A stretch of 64,000 nt of DNA from Gammaproteobacteria bacterium (lineage in GTDB: Bacteria; Pseudomonadota; Gammaproteobacteria; GCA-001735895): the NCBI GenBank assembly GCA_030595795.1, contig JAUVCH010000004.1, forward strand, positions 4,502 through 68,501, read 5' to 3'. Under the pieces are notes generated by a model that saw only the letters and a program-made list of their open reading frames with translations, did no database searches and was not told where the DNA came from. The translations under genes and the position numbers were made by a program. Shown one piece after another: positions 20,238-30,370 of this stretch (positions are counted from its first letter, which is position 1; each line of letters opens with the position of its first letter).

Positions 20238-21623
20238 ATGAGTAAACAGGATTCCCGCATGTGGAGCGGTCGCTTCAACGAGCCCACCGATGCGTTTGTC
20301 GAGGCTTTTACCGCTTCGGTTTCGTTCGACCAGCGTATGGCTATGGCCGATATCCAGGGCTCACTCGCACACGCCAAAATGCTGCATCGGATTAAACTAC
20401 TCGACGATACCGAGCATACCGATATCGATAACGGCCTGAATCAGATTCGCGACGAAATTAACAACGGCAGCTTCGAGTGGTCGGTCAGTCTCGAAGACGT
20501 ACACATGAATATAGAATCTCGTCTGACCCAACTGGTTGGCAATGCCGGTAAAAAACTGCACACCGGTCGTTCGCGTAACGATCAGGTCGCCACCGATATT
20601 CGACTTTACCTGCGCGATGCAATCAAGCAAATCCTCGAACAGATTCGTTATTTCCAGGCTGGTTTGCTCGACCTCGCCGAACGCGAGGCGGAAACCATCA
20701 TGCCCGGCTTCACTCATTTGCAGGTAGCCCAACCGATTACCTTCGGTCACCACATGCTGGCCTGGTTTGAAATGCTCGAACGCGACCATAGCCGACTCGT
20801 TGATTGTCTGGTGCGAATGAATCAGCTCCCGCTCGGCGCGGCGGCGCTGGCAGGAACCTCCTATCCGCTTGATCGGCACTACACTGCAGAGTTGCTCGGC
20901 TTCGACTTACCCTGCAGAAATTCACTCGATGCAGTTAGTGACCGCGACTTTGCCATCGAATTTTGCGCCGACGCGGCCATCTGCATGACACATTTATCAC
21001 GAATGTCTGAGGAACTGGTGCTCTGGTCTTCGGCACAGTTTAATTTCATTCAGTTACCCGATCGGTACTGCACTGGTTCGTCGATTATGCCGCAAAAGAA
21101 AAACCCCGACGTACCCGAACTGGTGCGTGGAAAAACCGGTCGCGTCAACGGCCATCTGGTGAGTCTGTTAACACTGATGAAGTCGCAACCGCTAGCCTAT
21201 AACAAGGATAATCAGGAAGACAAAGAACCGCTGTTCGACACGTTGGACACCCTCGGCGGCAGCTTGCGCGCCTTCGGTGATATGGTGCCAAATTTAATCA
21301 CCAACCGCGACGTCATGTACCAGGCCGCAAAACAGGGCTACGCCACCGCCACCGACCTGGCGGATTATCTGGTGAATAAAGGCCTGGCCTTTCGCGATGC
21401 CCACGAAGTCGTTGGTAACGCGGTGGCCTATGCCATCGAGCAGGGTAAGGATTTAAGTGAATGCACTCTGGTTGAAATGCAGGGCTTCGATAGCAGAATC
21501 GAAGCCGACGTATTTGATGTCCTGTCGCTCGAAGGCTCGGTGAATGCACGCAGCATCGTCGGCGGCACCGCGCCCGATCAGGTTTATTTGCAGGTAGAGG
21601 CCGGTCGGAAATTAATTTCGTAA
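20238..21623 (+). CDS. argH: Argininosuccinate lyase
   Basis: Fumarate lyase signature ([12 protein letters not shown]) at full length. Confidence 0.95.
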   Translation: MSKQDSRMWSGRFNEPTDAFVEAFTASVSFDQRMAMADIQGSLAHAKMLHRIKLLDDTEHTDIDNGLNQIRDEINNGSFEWSVSLEDVHMNIESRLTQLVGNAGKKLHTGRSRNDQVATDIRLYLRDAIKQILEQIRYFQAGLLDLAEREAETIMPGFTHLQVAQPITFGHHMLAWFEMLERDHSRLVDCLVRMNQLPLGAAALAGTSYPLDRHYTAELLGFDLPCRNSLDAVSDRDFAIEFCADAAICMTHLSRMSEELVLWSSAQFNFIQLPDRYCTGSSIMPQKKNPDVPELVRGKTGRVNGHLVSLLTLMKSQPLAYNKDNQEDKEPLFDTLDTLGGSLRAFGDMVPNLITNRDVMYQAAKQGYATATDLADYLVNKGLAFRDAHEVVGNAVAYAIEQGKDLSECTLVEMQGFDSRIEADVFDVLSLEGSVNARSIVGGTAPDQVYLQVEAGRKLIS

Positions 21624-22283
21624 AACCTTTCCCAACCAATCGCTGATATGATTGATCTCATCCAGCGACACGCTATGCGGCATGTGTTCATACTCGCGCC
21701 ATTCCGGTGCATAACCGGCCTTCTCTAGCTGCCCGCGCGTGCTATAGGCAAGGTCGATTGGAATCACCTGATCGATAGCACCATGCACCAGAAATATTGG
21801 AATATCCTGATTAGCCTCGGTTTTTTCGTCTGCCAGTTTTTCCGCCAAAGGCAAATAAGTCGAAAGCGCCATAATACCGGCCAATGATTTCGTCTGACGC
21901 AGGCCAGCCTGCAATACAATCGCACCGCCCTGCGAAAACCCCGCGAGAACAATTCTGTCGGCGGCAATACCCGCAGCGATTTGCTCTTCGATTATTTGAT
22001 CAACCAATGCAGCCGACTGGCGTATTCCAGCTTCATCTGGTTCAGACGCTATTCTGTCCGACTTAATGTCGTACCAGGCGCGCATCACAAAACCCTGATT
22101 AATCGTCACCGGTATCATCGGCGCATGCGGGAATATGAAGCGAATATTCAGTTCCGGCTTCAGCTTCAACTCCGGCACCATAGGTTCGAAATCATGCCCA
22201 TCGGCACCCAGACCATGCAACCAGATGACACAGCTATCGGGCGGGTTGGACCCGGTTTCAATCACTATCGGGGAATCGGACAT
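21612..22283 (-). CDS. Alpha/beta hydrolase, phospholipase/carboxylesterase family
   Basis: GFSQGG nucleophile elbow with the His/Asp triad context, about 220 aa. Confidence 0.8.
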   Translation of the reverse strand: MSDSPIVIETGSNPPDSCVIWLHGLGADGHDFEPMVPELKLKPELNIRFIFPHAPMIPVTINQGFVMRAWYDIKSDRIASEPDEAGIRQSAALVDQIIEEQIAAGIAADRIVLAGFSQGGAIVLQAGLRQTKSLAGIMALSTYLPLAEKLADEKTEANQDIPIFLVHGAIDQVIPIDLAYSTRGQLEKAGYAPEWREYEHMPHSVSLDEINHISDWLGKVLRN

Positions 22284-22342
22284 GAACTAGTTCGCCTGCA
22301 AATGTGGATATTATATCGTGTTTTAGTACTATGTTGCCCGAT

Positions 22343-23311
22343 TCAACGAATATCCAGCTCGGTATAAACCTTTAAACGGTCATCCTGACTTTCCTTGCTA
22401 TCTGCCTCCGACATTCCGAGCGATACCATCACCTCCAGCCATTGCTCTTTGGCCAGATTGCAGGCTATGGAGATTTGCTCCGAAGTGCATTTCGACCTTT
22501 CCCAGTTTGGGATAGTGGCCAGAATGTCTGATTGATCTACTAGTTCTCCCGGTTCCTCTTCTTCCGATTTCTCGGTGCCCTCTGCATTGTCGAGGACGAG
22601 ATGGGTCAGTCGATTCGCTAAATATATGATACTGGTTTCGATCGCGATAGGCCCAATGTGGTCGGTATCATGGTGTTTTTTTACGCACTGGGTAACCATG
22701 CCGGGAATTCCCCATTTTTCTAATAACTGGATACCAATTTCGACGTGGGTCACGCCTAATGTCTCGGTTTCGACCTCAATAACATCTCGATCCTCCACCT
22801 TTGCAAGTTCGGTAATTTGCGTATAAGAGTCGGGGTGTACTTTAGCAATAACTAACCACCCAATATCGTGCAACAAGCCTGCCGTGAAAAAAACCTCATG
22901 GTCGATCACCTGTGCGTTTTGCATCGCAAGATTCCTGGCTATGATCGCGGTTTTAATGCAGTGTTGCCAGAATTCCATCATTGGAAAACCCTCAATATCA
23001 TAGTCTTTACTAACGCCGACCAAAACAGAACCCAGCAGAATCTGTTGCAATTGTTCGCGGCCAAGCAAAGAAACTACGTGAGGAATCGAGGTCACCGGAT
23101 TACGCAACCCGTAATAGGCGCTATTGACTAATTTAAGGATTCTGGCGGTCAGCGCCGGGTCGGTCTGAACCGCTGCTCCGATTTCGGCCGCGGTGGCGCG
23201 CGGGTTTTCAATCAAGCTATTCACCCTGATGTAAACTTCAGGAAGCGAAGGCAATACACCTGCCTGATCAAGTAACGAGTTCGACATTTGCTCTCTATAG
23301 TATGGAGTCAA
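22343..23311 (-). CDS. HDOD domain-containing signalling protein
   Basis: HD-related output domain pattern (…LLHDIGWLV…). Confidence 0.7.
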   Translation of the reverse strand: MTPYYREQMSNSLLDQAGVLPSLPEVYIRVNSLIENPRATAAEIGAAVQTDPALTARILKLVNSAYYGLRNPVTSIPHVVSLLGREQLQQILLGSVLVGVSKDYDIEGFPMMEFWQHCIKTAIIARNLAMQNAQVIDHEVFFTAGLLHDIGWLVIAKVHPDSYTQITELAKVEDRDVIEVETETLGVTHVEIGIQLLEKWGIPGMVTQCVKKHHDTDHIGPIAIETSIIYLANRLTHLVLDNAEGTEKSEEEEPGELVDQSDILATIPNWERSKCTSEQISIACNLAKEQWLEVMVSLGMSEADSKESQDDRLKVYTELDIR

Positions 23312-23362
23312 CCGACACCGATTATAGCAACGATATAGCGCTGCAACGTTTTTATTATTCGC

Positions 23363-23668
23363 CTAAAAGTCGAGCCCATATTGATTGGTTCGTCTTTCAG
23401 CCCCAGGCCAGCTGCCCGGTTGCTTTCGTTTGACGAAATGCCTGGCTTCGAGCTCGGCGCCGCGAAAACTACTGCCATTTAACTCGAGGATCAGATCATC
23501 TGCAGATTCATTATTTTTTGTTTTCGCCAATATGAAGTGATGGTCTCGATAGCCTGCTGGCTTTGCCCGATAGGTTGCATAATCGATCAACATATCTCTC
23601 GTACCCAGGAGATTCTGAATTTCTATAAGTTGCGTATCGCCTGGAAAATTGCCTATATATACAAGCAT
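23363..23668 (-). CDS. Hypothetical protein, 101 aa
   Basis: An ORF with reasonable codon usage; family not recognised. Confidence 0.4.
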   Translation of the reverse strand: MLVYIGNFPGDTQLIEIQNLLGTRDMLIDYATYRAKPAGYRDHHFILAKTKNNESADDLILELNGSSFRGAELEARHFVKRKQPGSWPGAERRTNQYGLDF

Positions 23669-23855
23669 ATTATTGATCCATCAGAATTAACGGAGAGCCC
23701 TCGGTTTCATGACTCTATCCTATCAGCCCTGACCAGGAGCCGCAAAGTTGCTACCAGATAGCCGGGTTAGCATATTCCTGTTCACTATTTCTACTTGCCT
23801 CATATTCACAAACTCGCAACAATAAAGAACTCGCTGATTCCCAGTTCAACACCTA

Positions 23856-24545
23856 TTGTCGATGCCCAAATTTGTCTATCTCCTAATTCTGGCCTTCGGC
23901 GTAACAGGCTGCGCTCCATTCCAGTCTTTTGACGAATTGGCACCGTATAGAAGCTACATCGTTCAGCCTAACGACAATATCCACTCCATCGCTTTTTCCT
24001 TCGAGATAACCACCGGTCAACTACGCCGTGCAAATCCATGGTTGGATCTATTATATATCGCTCCAGGCACGAAACTGCACATTCCTCGTGATCCTGGCGA
24101 CGAGGTTTACGTCGAAGAAGATCACGACACCAAAATTGCCTCTACAACTCGTTACCAGGACAACCAGCCCAGTTATATCTGGCCACTCAAACTACTTGAT
24201 GCTTCATCCCGTTATGGCCGACGCCACGGTCGGTTACACGCTGGTATCGATTTGCGCGCCCCGCCAGGAACCCCCATTTTTGCAGCAGCCGACGGTCGGG
24301 TTAAATTTTCGGGCTATAACCGTGGCTACGGGCAAATGATTGTTATCGATCATGGTAACGGAATCGAAACGGCCTACGCACATAATAGCCGTAATGTAGT
24401 TGGCGAAGGTCAAACAGTTAAACAAGGTCAGATAGTTGCACTAGTAGGCAGAACCGGTAATGCGACCGGCAACCATGTACATTTTGAATTTCGCCGGCAC
24501 GGGCGGGCACTCAACCCTGCCAATCATGTCGATGAGAGTTTATGA
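23856..24545 (+). CDS. LysM plus M23 family metallopeptidase lipoprotein (NlpD-like)
   Basis: Signal and lipobox (VTGC), a LysM-like segment, and M23 motifs (HxGIDL…, …HVHFE). Confidence 0.8.
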   Translation: MSMPKFVYLLILAFGVTGCAPFQSFDELAPYRSYIVQPNDNIHSIAFSFEITTGQLRRANPWLDLLYIAPGTKLHIPRDPGDEVYVEEDHDTKIASTTRYQDNQPSYIWPLKLLDASSRYGRRHGRLHAGIDLRAPPGTPIFAAADGRVKFSGYNRGYGQMIVIDHGNGIETAYAHNSRNVVGEGQTVKQGQIVALVGRTGNATGNHVHFEFRRHGRALNPANHVDESL

Positions 24546-24621
24546 CCCTCTGGAATGATTATTCTGCTTGTCTATTAGCATCGGCAACAACATAATATTG
24601 TCTTTGGCCGAGTCGGTAACA

Positions 24622-24744
24622 ATGCGAGCTACCCTAATCCCACTATTATTATGCCTGATGCTTGCTGTAAGCCTGTCGGCCTGCGGCAATAAGGGCCCGT
24701 TGACGCTCCCAGAAGAAGACAAAAAAAGCAAACAAACAGGTTAA
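24622..24744 (+). CDS. Small lipoprotein, 40 aa, LptM/YifL-like
   Basis: MRATLIPLLLCLMLAVSLSACGNKGPLTLPEEDKKSKQTG: lipobox LSAC, Pro/Lys-rich tail, and the conserved position immediately upstream of lysA-dapF. It is not in the ORF track because it is under 60 aa. Confidence 0.6.
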   Translation: MRATLIPLLLCLMLAVSLSACGNKGPLTLPEEDKKSKQTG

Positions 24745-24748
24745 ACCT

Positions 24749-25996
24749 TTGGATCATTTTAATTATAAAGACGCCGCATTATTCTGCGAAGATGTCGCGA
24801 TTAGCGAGTTGGCCGAAACTTATGGCACTCCATTATACGTCTATTCTCGGGCGACGTTAGAGCGTCACTGGCATGCCTTCGACAACGCACTGAAAGGTCA
24901 TGATCATCTTGTATGCTATGCAGTGAAGGCCAATTCCAACCTCGCTGTATTGAATGTACTGGCACGCCTCGGATCAGGCTTCGACATCGTTTCTGGTGGC
25001 GAACTTGAACGCGTATTACGTGCCGGGGGAAAGCCAGAACAAATCGTATTTTCGGGTGTCGGCAAGCAGGCCGACGAAATGCAGCTGGCAATCGATCACG
25101 ATATCCATTGCTTCAACGTCGAATCCGAACAGGAAATTGATTTGCTAAACGATGTCGCGGCTAAAAACAACAAAACCGTTCGCGTTTCGTTCCGGGTCAA
25201 TCCCGACGTCGATGCCAAAACTCACCCGTATATTTCCACCGGCCTTAAGGAAAATAAATTCGGGATTGCTTTCAAAGATGCCGAGCGTATCTATTTAAAG
25301 GCCAGTCAGTTATCCAATATCGAGGTGATGGGTATAGATTGCCATATTGGCTCGCAGTTAACCGAGTTATCCCCTTATATCGATGCGCTCGATCGCCTGC
25401 TCGACCTGATTGAGCGTCTCAAGGCGGCAGAAATTCATATACGTCATCTCGACCTCGGTGGCGGACTGGGCATTCGTTATCGTGAAGAAACACCGCCATT
25501 GCCGGCGGAATGGGCGGCGGCATTGCAGGATCGTTTACAAAATTTCGACGGCAAAATCGTCGTCGAACCCGGTCGGGCCATAGCGGGTAACGCTGGTATC
25601 CTGGTGAGTCGAGTTGATTACATTAAACAGTCTGAGGATAAGAACTTCGCCATCATCGATGCGGCCATGAACGACTTGATACGGCCATCGCTATACGATG
25701 CCTGGCAGGACATTATTCCCATCAAACAACAAAGTAACGAGCTGGAACGCGTTTACGATGTCGTCGGCGCAATTTGCGAAACCGGAGATTTTCTCGGCAA
25801 AGACCGTCCGCTTCAGATCGCACAAAACGACCTGCTCGCAATCCGCTCATCGGGCGCCTATTCGTTTGCCATGTCCTCGAACTACAACACACGATGTCGC
25901 GCTGCCGAAGTCATGGTCGATGGTGATCAGCACTATTGTGTACGCGAACGCGAAAATATCGACGATTTGATTCGCGGCGAATCCTTACTCCCCTGA
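24749..25996 (+). CDS. lysA: Diaminopimelate decarboxylase
   Basis: PLP fold III decarboxylase motifs (…YAVKAN…, …GGGLGI…); TTG start. Confidence 0.95.
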   Translation: MDHFNYKDAALFCEDVAISELAETYGTPLYVYSRATLERHWHAFDNALKGHDHLVCYAVKANSNLAVLNVLARLGSGFDIVSGGELERVLRAGGKPEQIVFSGVGKQADEMQLAIDHDIHCFNVESEQEIDLLNDVAAKNNKTVRVSFRVNPDVDAKTHPYISTGLKENKFGIAFKDAERIYLKASQLSNIEVMGIDCHIGSQLTELSPYIDALDRLLDLIERLKAAEIHIRHLDLGGGLGIRYREETPPLPAEWAAALQDRLQNFDGKIVVEPGRAIAGNAGILVSRVDYIKQSEDKNFAIIDAAMNDLIRPSLYDAWQDIIPIKQQSNELERVYDVVGAICETGDFLGKDRPLQIAQNDLLAIRSSGAYSFAMSSNYNTRCRAAEVMVDGDQHYCVRERENIDDLIRGESLLP

Positions 25997-26005
25997 TACC
26001 GACAG

Positions 26006-26845
26006 ATGACTTTAAAATTTAGCAAAATGCACGGTCTCGGTAACGACTTCATGGTTATCGACGCCATCAATCAACGCTTCGAACCCGATCCCGAACTCAT
26101 TCGCCACTGGGCTAACCGACAATTCGGCATCGGCTTCGATCAAATGCTGGTGGTCGAAGAGTCACAGTCAGAACAGGCCGCTTTCCGTTATCGTATTTTC
26201 AATGCCGACGGCGGAGAGGTGGCACAATGCGGCAATGGCGCACGCTGCTTTGCACGTTTCGTACGCGAACAGGGTTTGACCGATCTCGACATTATTCCGG
26301 TTGAAACAAATACCGGCCTGCTAGAGTTGCGAATGATCGACGAAACTCGTGTACGCGTGAACTTGGGCGTCCCGCAGTTCGAGCCGAAGCAGGTTCCGCT
26401 CGCAGAGAACCGGCGTCAGGATCAGTATTCGATCGAGATCGAGGATCAGTTGATAGAATTTAGTGCACTATCGATTGGCAACCCACATATGGTTATCCAG
26501 ATCGACGACGTCGATACAGCCCCGGTCGAAACACTTGGTCCAATATTCGAATCGCATGCAATTTTCCCCGAACGCGTAAACATCGGCTTCATGCAAATTC
26601 TCGATAGAGGCCATTTCAAGTTGCGAGTCTTCGAACGCGGCGTCGGCGAAACCCGCGCATGCGGCAGTGGTGCCTGTGCCGCCCACATAGCGGGCCACCA
26701 ACTCGGCTTACTCGACCACGAAACAATTGGGCAACTGCTCGGCGGCGACTTAAAACTCGAATGGCAAGGTAAGGGAAAGCCCGTTATGATGACAGGCGAA
26801 ACGGCGATGGTGTTCCAGGGTGACATCGAATATGAGCAAAAGTAG
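26006..26845 (+). CDS. dapF: Diaminopimelate epimerase
   Basis: MHGLGNDF N-terminus and the two catalytic Cys (…CGNGARC…, …CGSGACA…). Confidence 0.9.
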   Translation: MTLKFSKMHGLGNDFMVIDAINQRFEPDPELIRHWANRQFGIGFDQMLVVEESQSEQAAFRYRIFNADGGEVAQCGNGARCFARFVREQGLTDLDIIPVETNTGLLELRMIDETRVRVNLGVPQFEPKQVPLAENRRQDQYSIEIEDQLIEFSALSIGNPHMVIQIDDVDTAPVETLGPIFESHAIFPERVNIGFMQILDRGHFKLRVFERGVGETRACGSGACAAHIAGHQLGLLDHETIGQLLGGDLKLEWQGKGKPVMMTGETAMVFQGDIEYEQK

Positions 26846-27524
26846 TATCAAAGCAGTCCAGAGCAAAGAGTCCGCAGCAATCGAATATTTGCGCAATAAC
26901 CCGGAGGTATTAATGTCATACCCCGAGGTATTCGGCTCAATGACTATTCCGCATCAGTCCGGTGGGGTCACCTCGTTGGTAGAGCGGCAAATGAAAATGC
27001 TGCGCGACGAAAATCAGGTGTTGAAGAAGAACATGGACGAACTGCTGAGTATCGCCCGCGAAAACGAAGAGTTAAATCAACGATTCCACCGTCTCGCCCT
27101 CGAATTGATTAGCACCGACCAGCTCGACGATGTACTGGCGATGGTGCAAAACCAGGTACAGACGTTTTTCTATACCGACTATGTGCGGTTTCGCATTTTA
27201 CCCTCGGTGCTGGATAAAAAAAGCCGATTAAATCCCCATTATCTAGACCGTGACAGCGCCAATTTAGAAACCGTCCAAAACTGGATTCACGGCCGAAAAC
27301 CGGTGTGCGGTCAGCAAGATTTAAAAATTCATCAGGAGCTATTCGGCGACAGCATTAACATCGGCTCAAGCGCTTTAATTCCTCTATTCCATACCACCGA
27401 CATTGGCCTGCTCTGCCTCGGCAGCAATAGCGATACTCGATTTAATCGAGCCATGGGCACTATCTTCCTAGAGCAGTTGGGCGAGCTGGTGAGTATTCGC
27501 ATCCACGGATTACTGAGCGACTAG
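26820..27524 (+). CDS. DUF484 family protein (YigA-like)
   Basis: Conserved position between dapF and xerC; GAF-like. Confidence 0.75.
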   Translation: MTSNMSKSSIKAVQSKESAAIEYLRNNPEVLMSYPEVFGSMTIPHQSGGVTSLVERQMKMLRDENQVLKKNMDELLSIARENEELNQRFHRLALELISTDQLDDVLAMVQNQVQTFFYTDYVRFRILPSVLDKKSRLNPHYLDRDSANLETVQNWIHGRKPVCGQQDLKIHQELFGDSINIGSSALIPLFHTTDIGLLCLGSNSDTRFNRAMGTIFLEQLGELVSIRIHGLLSD

Positions 27525-27525
27525 C

Positions 27526-28425
27526 ATGGACAGCGGGCAATATCTGGAAGCCTTCATCCAGGTGCTACGCAGCGAAAAATATTATTCGGATCATACCTGC
27601 AAGAACTACCGCCGCGACCTGCTCAATTTCCAGAGATATCTCAAGACACAGGAAGTCGCCGACTGGCAGACAGTCGGCTATCGCGAAGTCAGCGGCTATG
27701 CAGCATTCCGCCATCGCAATGGCCTGAAAAGCACTTCGATTCAACGCGAGTTATCGACCATACGTAGCTTTTATCAGTACCTGATCCGGCAAAAGCTGGT
27801 TAAGAGCAATCCCGCCAGGGAAGTCAGTGCACCCAAGTCTGGTCAGCCATTGCCCAAAACCTGCGATGCCGAACAAATCGACCGTTTGTTGCGGTCAGGT
27901 TCTAGCAAGGATGAATTATTCATCCGCGACCTCGCCATATTCGAGCTGATTTATTCCTCAGGATTACGACTCGCCGAACTGGTCAGCCTGAACCTCAACG
28001 ATATCGACCTGAAGCAACAACAGTTAATCGTCACCGGCAAAGGCAATAAAACCCGGTATTTGCCGATTGGCGCAAAAGCCTGCGAAGCCATAAAGCGCTG
28101 GTTGAAAGAGCGTCCTGGTTTAACTCGGCCCGATGAAGAAGCTCTATTTCTCAGCAAACTGGGAAAACGTATTTCCACCCGAAGCGTACAAAGCCGTCTC
28201 AATCAGCTTGCCAAACGCCAGGACATAAACCAACACATATCGCCCCATACCCTGCGGCATTCATTCGCCACGCACCTGCTCGAATCGAGCGGTGATCTTC
28301 GTGCCGTACAGGAATTGCTCGGCCACGCCAATATCAGTACTACTCAGATTTATACGCATCTGGACTTTCAGCATCTGGCCAAGGTTTATGATGCTGCGCA
28401 TCCTCGGGCTAAGCGGAAGGGCTAA
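27526..28425 (+). CDS. xerC: Tyrosine recombinase XerC
   Basis: Catalytic R…HxxR…Y residues (…HTLRHSFATHLL…, …TQIYTH); dapF-xerC synteny. Confidence 0.9.
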   Translation: MDSGQYLEAFIQVLRSEKYYSDHTCKNYRRDLLNFQRYLKTQEVADWQTVGYREVSGYAAFRHRNGLKSTSIQRELSTIRSFYQYLIRQKLVKSNPAREVSAPKSGQPLPKTCDAEQIDRLLRSGSSKDELFIRDLAIFELIYSSGLRLAELVSLNLNDIDLKQQQLIVTGKGNKTRYLPIGAKACEAIKRWLKERPGLTRPDEEALFLSKLGKRISTRSVQSRLNQLAKRQDINQHISPHTLRHSFATHLLESSGDLRAVQELLGHANISTTQIYTHLDFQHLAKVYDAAHPRAKRKG

Positions 28426-28641
28426 GACTGAAGAAATAAGTACGGAAAAATACTAATACCGAGGTTTGTTAATTCAACCTATCATAGGCTTCGGAGGATT
28501 AGTCTATGCGAACTATCAGTATTATTAAAAGTGAACACCGAAATCTTGCCTCAGTACTTTAACAGAATGGACAATTAATCAAGGAAACCAAGGACCCGAG
28601 TAAATGATTTAGCTATTCCCTTTTAATTTCATAATTCTATA

Positions 28642-28812
28642 TCAGCGGAATAAATCTGAATGGCTTCCTGTTCGTTCAAATCGAATCATGTTTTTACTAA
28701 CCCTGTAGATAAGCGACCAATCAGGTTCTATATGAAGATCACGATATCCTCTCCAGTTACCGGTTAATGGATGATCACGCTTAAACTGACCTGTGTACTC
28801 GACCTGACGCAC
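28642..28812 (-). pseudogene. yafQ-like RelE-family toxin remnant carrying an in-frame internal deletion of about 34 codons
   Basis: Its GTG overlaps the dinJ stop (ATAGTG). The 56-aa product VRQVEYTGQFKRD|HPLTGNWRGYRDLHIEPDWSLIYRVSKNMIRFERTGSHSDLFR matches E. coli YafQ residues 2-15 joined directly to 50-91. Confidence 0.55.
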
Positions 28813-29042
28813 TATATTTCAAGCTGGTCGAACAGATCATCAGCATCCCTGGCCTGATAAAGGTCTTCACCAGCTTCACTTCGATTTAGAGTCTCCACCG
28901 TTTTTGCATTAGGAATTTTAACCACCTTTCGCATATAAGCACGAATTGCCTGCGAAGGAGTAATGTCTTGTTCCTTGCAAAAGGCATAAAAAGCATCTTT
29001 AAGGTCAGAGTCCACTTTCGCTCGGATTACGGTATCAGTCAT
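28812..29042 (-). CDS. dinJ: DinJ/RelB-family antitoxin
   Basis: Similarity to DinJ across the length (…IRAKVDSDLK…, …SEAGEDLYQARDADDLFDQL…). Confidence 0.8.
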   Translation of the reverse strand: MTDTVIRAKVDSDLKDAFYAFCKEQDITPSQAIRAYMRKVVKIPNAKTVETLNRSEAGEDLYQARDADDLFDQLEI

Positions 29043-29557
29043 TTTTCACCTGGTTGTAGAGGTTGTGGTGGCTATTATGTAGCTACTGAGTGGCCATGAC
29101 AAGAAGAAGCGATTGCTACAAAATATCAAAAAATAGAGAGTCAGATCTATGTTTTATGGTCAAGGGCAGTACTTCAGCGAGTAGCTTGAGTTAAACCACT
29201 CAATCCCCAGTATTTTTAAGCGATCCAATTTGTTGGGTTACGCTGTCGCTAACCACAACCTACGCGATCATACGAATCGATAGAGCCATCATCGATTCGT
29301 ATTAGTTTCCCAGGTTGGTGCAACAAACCTCACCCCCAAACCACAATCCCTTTCTCCGCAACCAAATTCAATAATTTCAAGAATTACGGGGTCGCGTCTT
29401 GTATGGTGAATTTTCGGTTATCCTGCTCTATGATTTTTTAGATTCACAAATCAAGACGCGACCCATAGGTTCAAGATTAGAATTTCAGTAGCAGATTTTT
29501 CGGTTCGGGTAACGTCTGGAGATGCATTAGGCTAAAACTCTTAGCTCGATAATAAAC

Positions 29558-29977
29558 TCAGGTTCCGACCCAATTTTCGATTACCAGACCACTCACACGA
29601 TCAAACTCTCTGGTATTGTTGGTGACCAGAGTCTTGCCAATAGCACGAGCGTGGGCGGCGATCCATAAGTCATTGTTACCAATCATTTGCCCTTTTACCG
29701 CCAGATCAGCACGGATATCCGCATAGTGCAAAGCCGTTTCGGTTTTCATTTCAAGCACTGGAATCAGTTGTATTAACTCATTCAACACACGTTTCGCTTT
29801 TTCCTGGCTATTGCTTCTGTTTGCACCATAAAGCATCTCACCATAAGTCACTACCGACATACCGACCTGACCAACCGCCAGAGTAGCAAATTTCTTTTCA
29901 ACCTGTGGTGGCTTCTGTTTGGCAATATAGATACAGATATTGGTATCAAGCATGAAGTCCATGTTTGCATAGTCCAT
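29558..29977 (-). CDS. vapC: VapC PIN-domain ribonuclease toxin
   Basis: MLDTNICIY… PIN N-terminus with the conserved acidic residues. The true start is probably the internal Met at about 29962. Confidence 0.85.
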   Translation of the reverse strand: MDYANMDFMLDTNICIYIAKQKPPQVEKKFATLAVGQVGMSVVTYGEMLYGANRSNSQEKAKRVLNELIQLIPVLEMKTETALHYADIRADLAVKGQMIGNNDLWIAAHARAIGKTLVTNNTREFDRVSGLVIENWVGT

Positions 29978-29979
29978 GC

Positions 29980-30207
29980 TTAGAACGCTTCCCTCTCCTG
30001 TGGTAGCTCCTGCTCCCTACCCTCTTGCATAAAGTCATCCGGAAGTTGTGTTAAACAGTCAAAGGCTGACTGCAGGGACTTCTCGATCGGCCTCAATATG
30101 ACCTTATTACCCTCTTTATAGATTTCGACTTCACTACCATCAAACCTGAATTTCTTGGGTAGACGAACCGCCTGACTATTGCCTGATTTGAATATTTTTG
30201 CATGCAT
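29980..30207 (-). CDS. vapB: VapB antitoxin (AbrB/SpoVT/MazE fold)
   Basis: MHAKIFKSGNSQAVRLPK… swapped-hairpin N-terminus, placed directly upstream of vapC. Confidence 0.8.
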   Translation of the reverse strand: MHAKIFKSGNSQAVRLPKKFRFDGSEVEIYKEGNKVILRPIEKSLQSAFDCLTQLPDDFMQEGREQELPQEREAF

Positions 30208-30370
30208 AAATTCGTGTTCCGTAGAATGTATATATGCTAAGTATATACAATAGACAGTGGAACAGCAATGAACACTGCAATTTCAACCCAACCCCTTGCA
30301 ATTCCCCTAACCAACCCATATGTCACCCTGTTAGAATCCCCTCCCAACACAAACCACCCGAGGTTTTATT

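Noticed and set aside
24540-24731. Minus-strand 63-aa ORF in the lysA upstream region
   Set aside because: It is antisense to the better-supported plus-strand 40-aa lipoprotein (LptM-like, with lipobox and conserved position) and has no recognisable features.
27526-28425. Tyrosine recombinase next to a TA islet: possible integrase of a mobile element
   Set aside because: The sequence and the dapF-DUF484-xerC synteny identify it as the chromosomal dimer-resolution recombinase XerC, not a phage or ICE integrase. No att-like tRNA is adjacent.
29043-29557. Searched the long non-coding spacers (29.0-29.6 kb, 43.2-43.4 kb, 48.9-49.85 kb, 57.3-57.6 kb) for tRNA/tmRNA genes
   Set aside because: No GTTCGA-type T-arm or matching acceptor stems were visible; no rRNA-like sequence anywhere in the window.
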